This document shows, piece after piece, positions 17,180 through 20,355 of a DNA stretch of 20,355 nucleotides. The position numbers and the translations under genes are program-made. A model generated the notes under the pieces. It worked only from the letters and a program-made list of their open reading frames with translations. It did not search any database and was not told the origin of the DNA. Position 1 is the stretch's first letter, and each line of letters starts with the position of its first letter. This DNA is from Paramoeba atlantica. Its lineage: Eukaryota > Protista > Discosea. The stretch spans positions 1 through 20,355 of the forward strand of contig CDRNVI010000125.1 of NCBI GenBank assembly GCA_977017575.1, in the 5' to 3' direction.

Positions 17180-18921
17180 AATTAGATTGATTCTTAAAAT
17201 TATTTAGCTCAATCCTTCACAGGACTTACACACATAACTTAATTTCGTAATAATCTTTTACAATCAATACTTTTAAAATATTTTAGGATAATCTTCTTAT
17301 ATCTGATTGAATTCAATAATTATATTATTAATATTTAGCTACTCGACTATGCAATTATAATTACAACCGATTTACCAGTGATATTCCTTCTCCAGTCCTT
17401 TCGTACTAAGATAAGATTCCTTCAATTTTAATTAATTAATAGTAGATAGGAACCGAACTGTCTCACGACGTTCTGAACCCAATTCAGGTGCCACTTTAAA
17501 AGGCGAACAGCCTTACCCTTGGAACATTTTTCTTAACCAGGATGTGACCAATCGACATCGAGGTGCCAAACAACCCCGTCGATATCTTCTCTCCGGAGTC
17601 ATAAGCCTGTTATCCCTAGCGTACCTTTTATCCGTTGAGCAATATATTTTCCATTCAATTATATTGGATCACTATGACCGACCTTTTTAATAAAAAAGAT
17701 CTCTGTTTGATTTGTAAATCTCACAGTTAAGTAATTTTTAGCCATTACACGCCAAAATTTTCTAATAAAATTTTAATTACCTTTGTACACCTCAGTTACA
17801 TTTTATGAGGTCTCCGCCCCAGAGAAACTACCAAATATATTCTGTCAATAAAAAATTATTAAGTTTTAAAAATTAAATTCAAACTATTCCAAGATTATCT
17901 AAACAATTAACTAATATTAAAATTTTAAAACGATTAGTTTGTATCCTATAAATTTAATTTTTAATAACAAAATATAACTGCAGTAAAGGTGCATAGGGTC
18001 TTTCCGTCTAGCTATTAATACGCTGCATCTGCACAGAGAATTCAATTTCGCTAATATAATACCGGAGACAGTAGGATAGTCGTTACACCATTCATGCAAG
18101 GTCGAAACTTACTCGACAAGGAATTTCGCTACCTTCGAACCGTTATATTTACAGCTGCCGTTTACTATTCATTCTATATAAAGCTAATACATTAAATAAT
18201 ATATTAACAATAACAATTACCTTTATAGCACCGGGCAGGTGTCAGACCTTATACATCATTAATTAATTTTGCAAAGTCCTGTGTTTTTGTTAAACAGTCG
18301 CCATCCTCTATTCTGTTACATTTTTATATACATATAATGTATATATAAAAATACTCTTTCTCCCGAAGTTACAGAGTTAATTTGCCGAGTTCCTTCGATA
18401 TTATTCAATTATTCATCTTAGTATTCTCTACTAATCCTCCTGTGTAGGATTTAGTACGGTTTTATATATTAGTATTCTTTCTTGAATTTATTTTTTAAAT
18501 ATTTCAATCAATATATTCGAATATATCACACAATGTTTTACTATATTTATTAAAATTTGATCCTAAAATATTTAAAAAATAAACTGTCATCTACTAATAA
18601 CGTTAAAAATATTATGTTATCCTTATAACTCTTTAACTACCCTTCAATTATTACTATCATATTCATTTTAGGGACCGATTAACCTAATGCAGTTTATCTT
18701 GACATTAGAAACCTTAGATTTTTAGATGATAATGTTTATAACATTATTTTTGCTACTTATGCCAGTATATTCAATTTTAATTTTATAATTTAACAATTTT
18801 TTTTTTCTTTTATAAAACGTTCTACTACCAATATTATTATTTTAAATAATATTTTATAATTTCGGTATAATATTTATTTTCGTTATATTTTTGTATATAA
18901 ATATCTATCAATAGTGAGCTG

Positions 18922-18955
<34 letters not shown>

Positions 18956-19950
18956 CTACCTCCTATTCATTGTTAATATTATAATATACTTTTTAACTTA
19001 ATATTAATTTAGAAACCTTAATTTATAATCTGGGCTCTTTCCCTCTTGATATACAACCTTTTCGCCATATATCGAAATTAAAATTTTTACTTTATATTTA
19101 TTTGAAGTTCATATGGATTCAACAACCCAATATGGTAGCTCTACCTTATATAAATTTAAATTTCATCTCTACTTAAATAGATTTCGTAGAAAACCAGCTA
19201 TCTCCAAGTTTGATTAGCCTTTCACCCCTAATCATAGGTCATCCCAATATATTGCAACATAAACGGGTTCGATCCTCCATTAATATTTAATTAACTTCAA
19301 TCTGCCCATGACTAGATCACTTGGTTTCGGGTCTAATTATTATAACTATAAATATATTAATTACAATTAAAAAATTTAATAATTTTTTATTTTGCTACAA
19401 TAATTAACTCACTGACCCATTATGCAAAAGGTACCTTTTAACATATAATTATTTATGCTTAAAGTGCTATTTAGTATTAAATTTCAAAATCTATTTCAAC
19501 ATTTTTAAAAAATTTCTTTTCATCTTTCCTTCACAGTACTTTTTCACTATCGCTCAATAATAATTCTTTAGCCTTTAGAGATGGTACTCTAATCTTCAAA
19601 CAAATTTAGTTTTTATTTTACTCAAAACCAATAATAATAATAAAAAATAACAAGACTATTACTTATTTTGTTAATTATTCCAAATTATTATATTTTTTAT
19701 TTATATTATTGTTTAATTTAGCTATTTTATTTTCGCTCGCCACTACTAATAATATCATTTTTATTTTTTTTAACTAATTACTAAGATGATTCAATTCATT
19801 AGATATTCTTTAATTATTTAATTTAATTGGGTTTTCCCTTTAGATACGTGAATATTGAAAAATTATTATTATTTTACTTTCACATTACGTTTTAAAACGT
19901 CTATAAACTTATTATTGGCAAGATATCCGTTTAATACTATTTTAAATTTA
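17180..19950 (-). rRNA. rnl: Mitochondrial large subunit rRNA (ends approximate, no evident intron)
   Basis: Peptidyl-transferase-centre motifs cgaactgtctcacgacgttctgaaccc, gaccaatcgacatcgaggtgccaaac and aggaatttcgctacctt. The 5' domain motifs are at about 19790-19935. Length is about 2.8 kb. Confidence 0.97.
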
Positions 19951-20012
19951 TAAAAAAATTTTAAAATGATTTGTTTAAAAATTATTCAACATTATTATAT
20001 ATTTTAATCAAA

Positions 20013-20093
20013 TGGAAGTGGTAGGATTCGAACCTACGATGTATAAATACAATAGATTTACAGTCTACCGCTTTACCGCTCAGCCACACTATA
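20013..20093 (-). tRNA. trnY: Mitochondrial tRNA-Tyr(GUA), mismatches at pairs 1, 2 and 3
   Basis: GTAGA-CT-GTA-AA-TCTAT anticodon arm; acceptor TATAGTG/CACTTCC. Confidence 0.93.
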
Positions 20094-20101
20094 AAAAATT
20101 A

Positions 20102-20175
20102 TAATTGGTATAGGACTCGAACCTATATCTAATGATTTAGAAGATCATAATTTTAACCAATTAAACTAACCAATT
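20102..20175 (-). tRNA. trnR: Mitochondrial tRNA-Arg(UCU)
   Basis: ATGAT-CT-TCT-AA-ATCAT anticodon arm; fully paired acceptor AATTGGT/ACCAATT. Confidence 0.92.
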
Positions 20176-20202
20176 AAATACAAAACAACAAAAATAGGTT
20201 GA

Positions 20203-20355
20203 TTAAGTATATAAGATTAAGAAAGCCATCATTAGGGCAAACAGAGCAATTGCTTCTGTTAATGCGAAACCTAATAAAGTATAACCAAATAAATCGTTTT
20301 TAATTGTAGTATTACGTGAATAAGCAATTAAAAAAGCTCCAAAAACTATTCCTAT
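20203..20355 (-). CDS. atp9: ATP synthase subunit 9 (c), 3' part
   Basis: [50 protein letters not shown], containing the proton-carrying Glu in LGFALTEA. Confidence 0.96.
   Translation of the reverse strand: MGIVFGAFLIAYSRNTTIKNDLFGYTLLGFALTEAIALFALMMAFLILYT

Larger units (their letters stand above)
5192..20355 (-). other. Protist (amoebozoan-like) mitochondrial genome segment, translation table 4
   Basis: Abrupt switch to extreme AT richness. Contains nad7, nad9, atp9, mitochondrial-type r-protein genes, rns lacking an anti-Shine-Dalgarno, and rnl. TGA sits at conserved Trp positions, and all genes are on one strand. Confidence 0.95.

Noticed and set aside
17917-18099. ORF inside rnl, possible intron homing endonuclease
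   Set aside because: It translates conserved rRNA sequence, has no LAGLIDADG or GIY-YIG motif, and the rnl length of about 2.8 kb leaves no room for an intron.
5192-20355. Reduced bacterial endosymbiont genome (TGA=Trp) or plastid/apicoplast
   Set aside because: No fusA, tuf, rps10, rpl3, rpl4 or rpl23 between rps7 and rpl2, and no rpoBC. Stand-alone nad9-nad7, mitochondrial-type atp9, no anti-SD, and 5'-mismatched tRNAs all fit a mitochondrion.
1-20355. CRISPR array, IS element, prophage or defence system
   Set aside because: No regularly spaced repeats, transposase, integrase or phage-like genes were seen on either strand.

Overview
The window is two unrelated genomes joined at about position 5191/5192. 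Bases 1-5191 are a Flavobacteriaceae-type (Bacteroidota) chromosome segment. They carry the start of a clade II (Sec-type) nitrous oxide reductase cluster (nosZ 5' end, fasciclin lipoprotein, c-type cytochrome), a divergent Rrf2 regulator, galM, tRNA-Lys, aroK, a phosphoribosyltransferase, an S4/Hsp15 protein, and a lipoprotein (probably an FKBP-type PPIase) cut off at the junction. Bases 5192-20355 are an extremely AT-rich protist mitochondrial genome, entirely on the minus strand, that reads TGA as Trp. In transcription order it holds atp9 (3' part), trnR, trnY, rnl, trnN, trnS, rns, a candidate 5S rRNA, trnS, trnF, rps11, candidate rpl19, nad9, nad7, rpl11, candidate rpl10, rps12, rps7, rpl2, rps19, rps3, rpl16, rpl14, rpl5, rps14, rps8, rpl6, orf62 and rps13. 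Four of the six mitochondrial tRNAs have mismatches at acceptor-stem positions 1-3, the signature of Acanthamoeba-type 5' tRNA editing. Together with rpl11 and TGA=Trp, this suggests an amoebozoan host (inference). Several single-base indels in conserved genes point to error-prone long-read data, so the junction is most likely a read or assembly chimera rather than real integration. All translations and alignments were done by eye; no searches were run.
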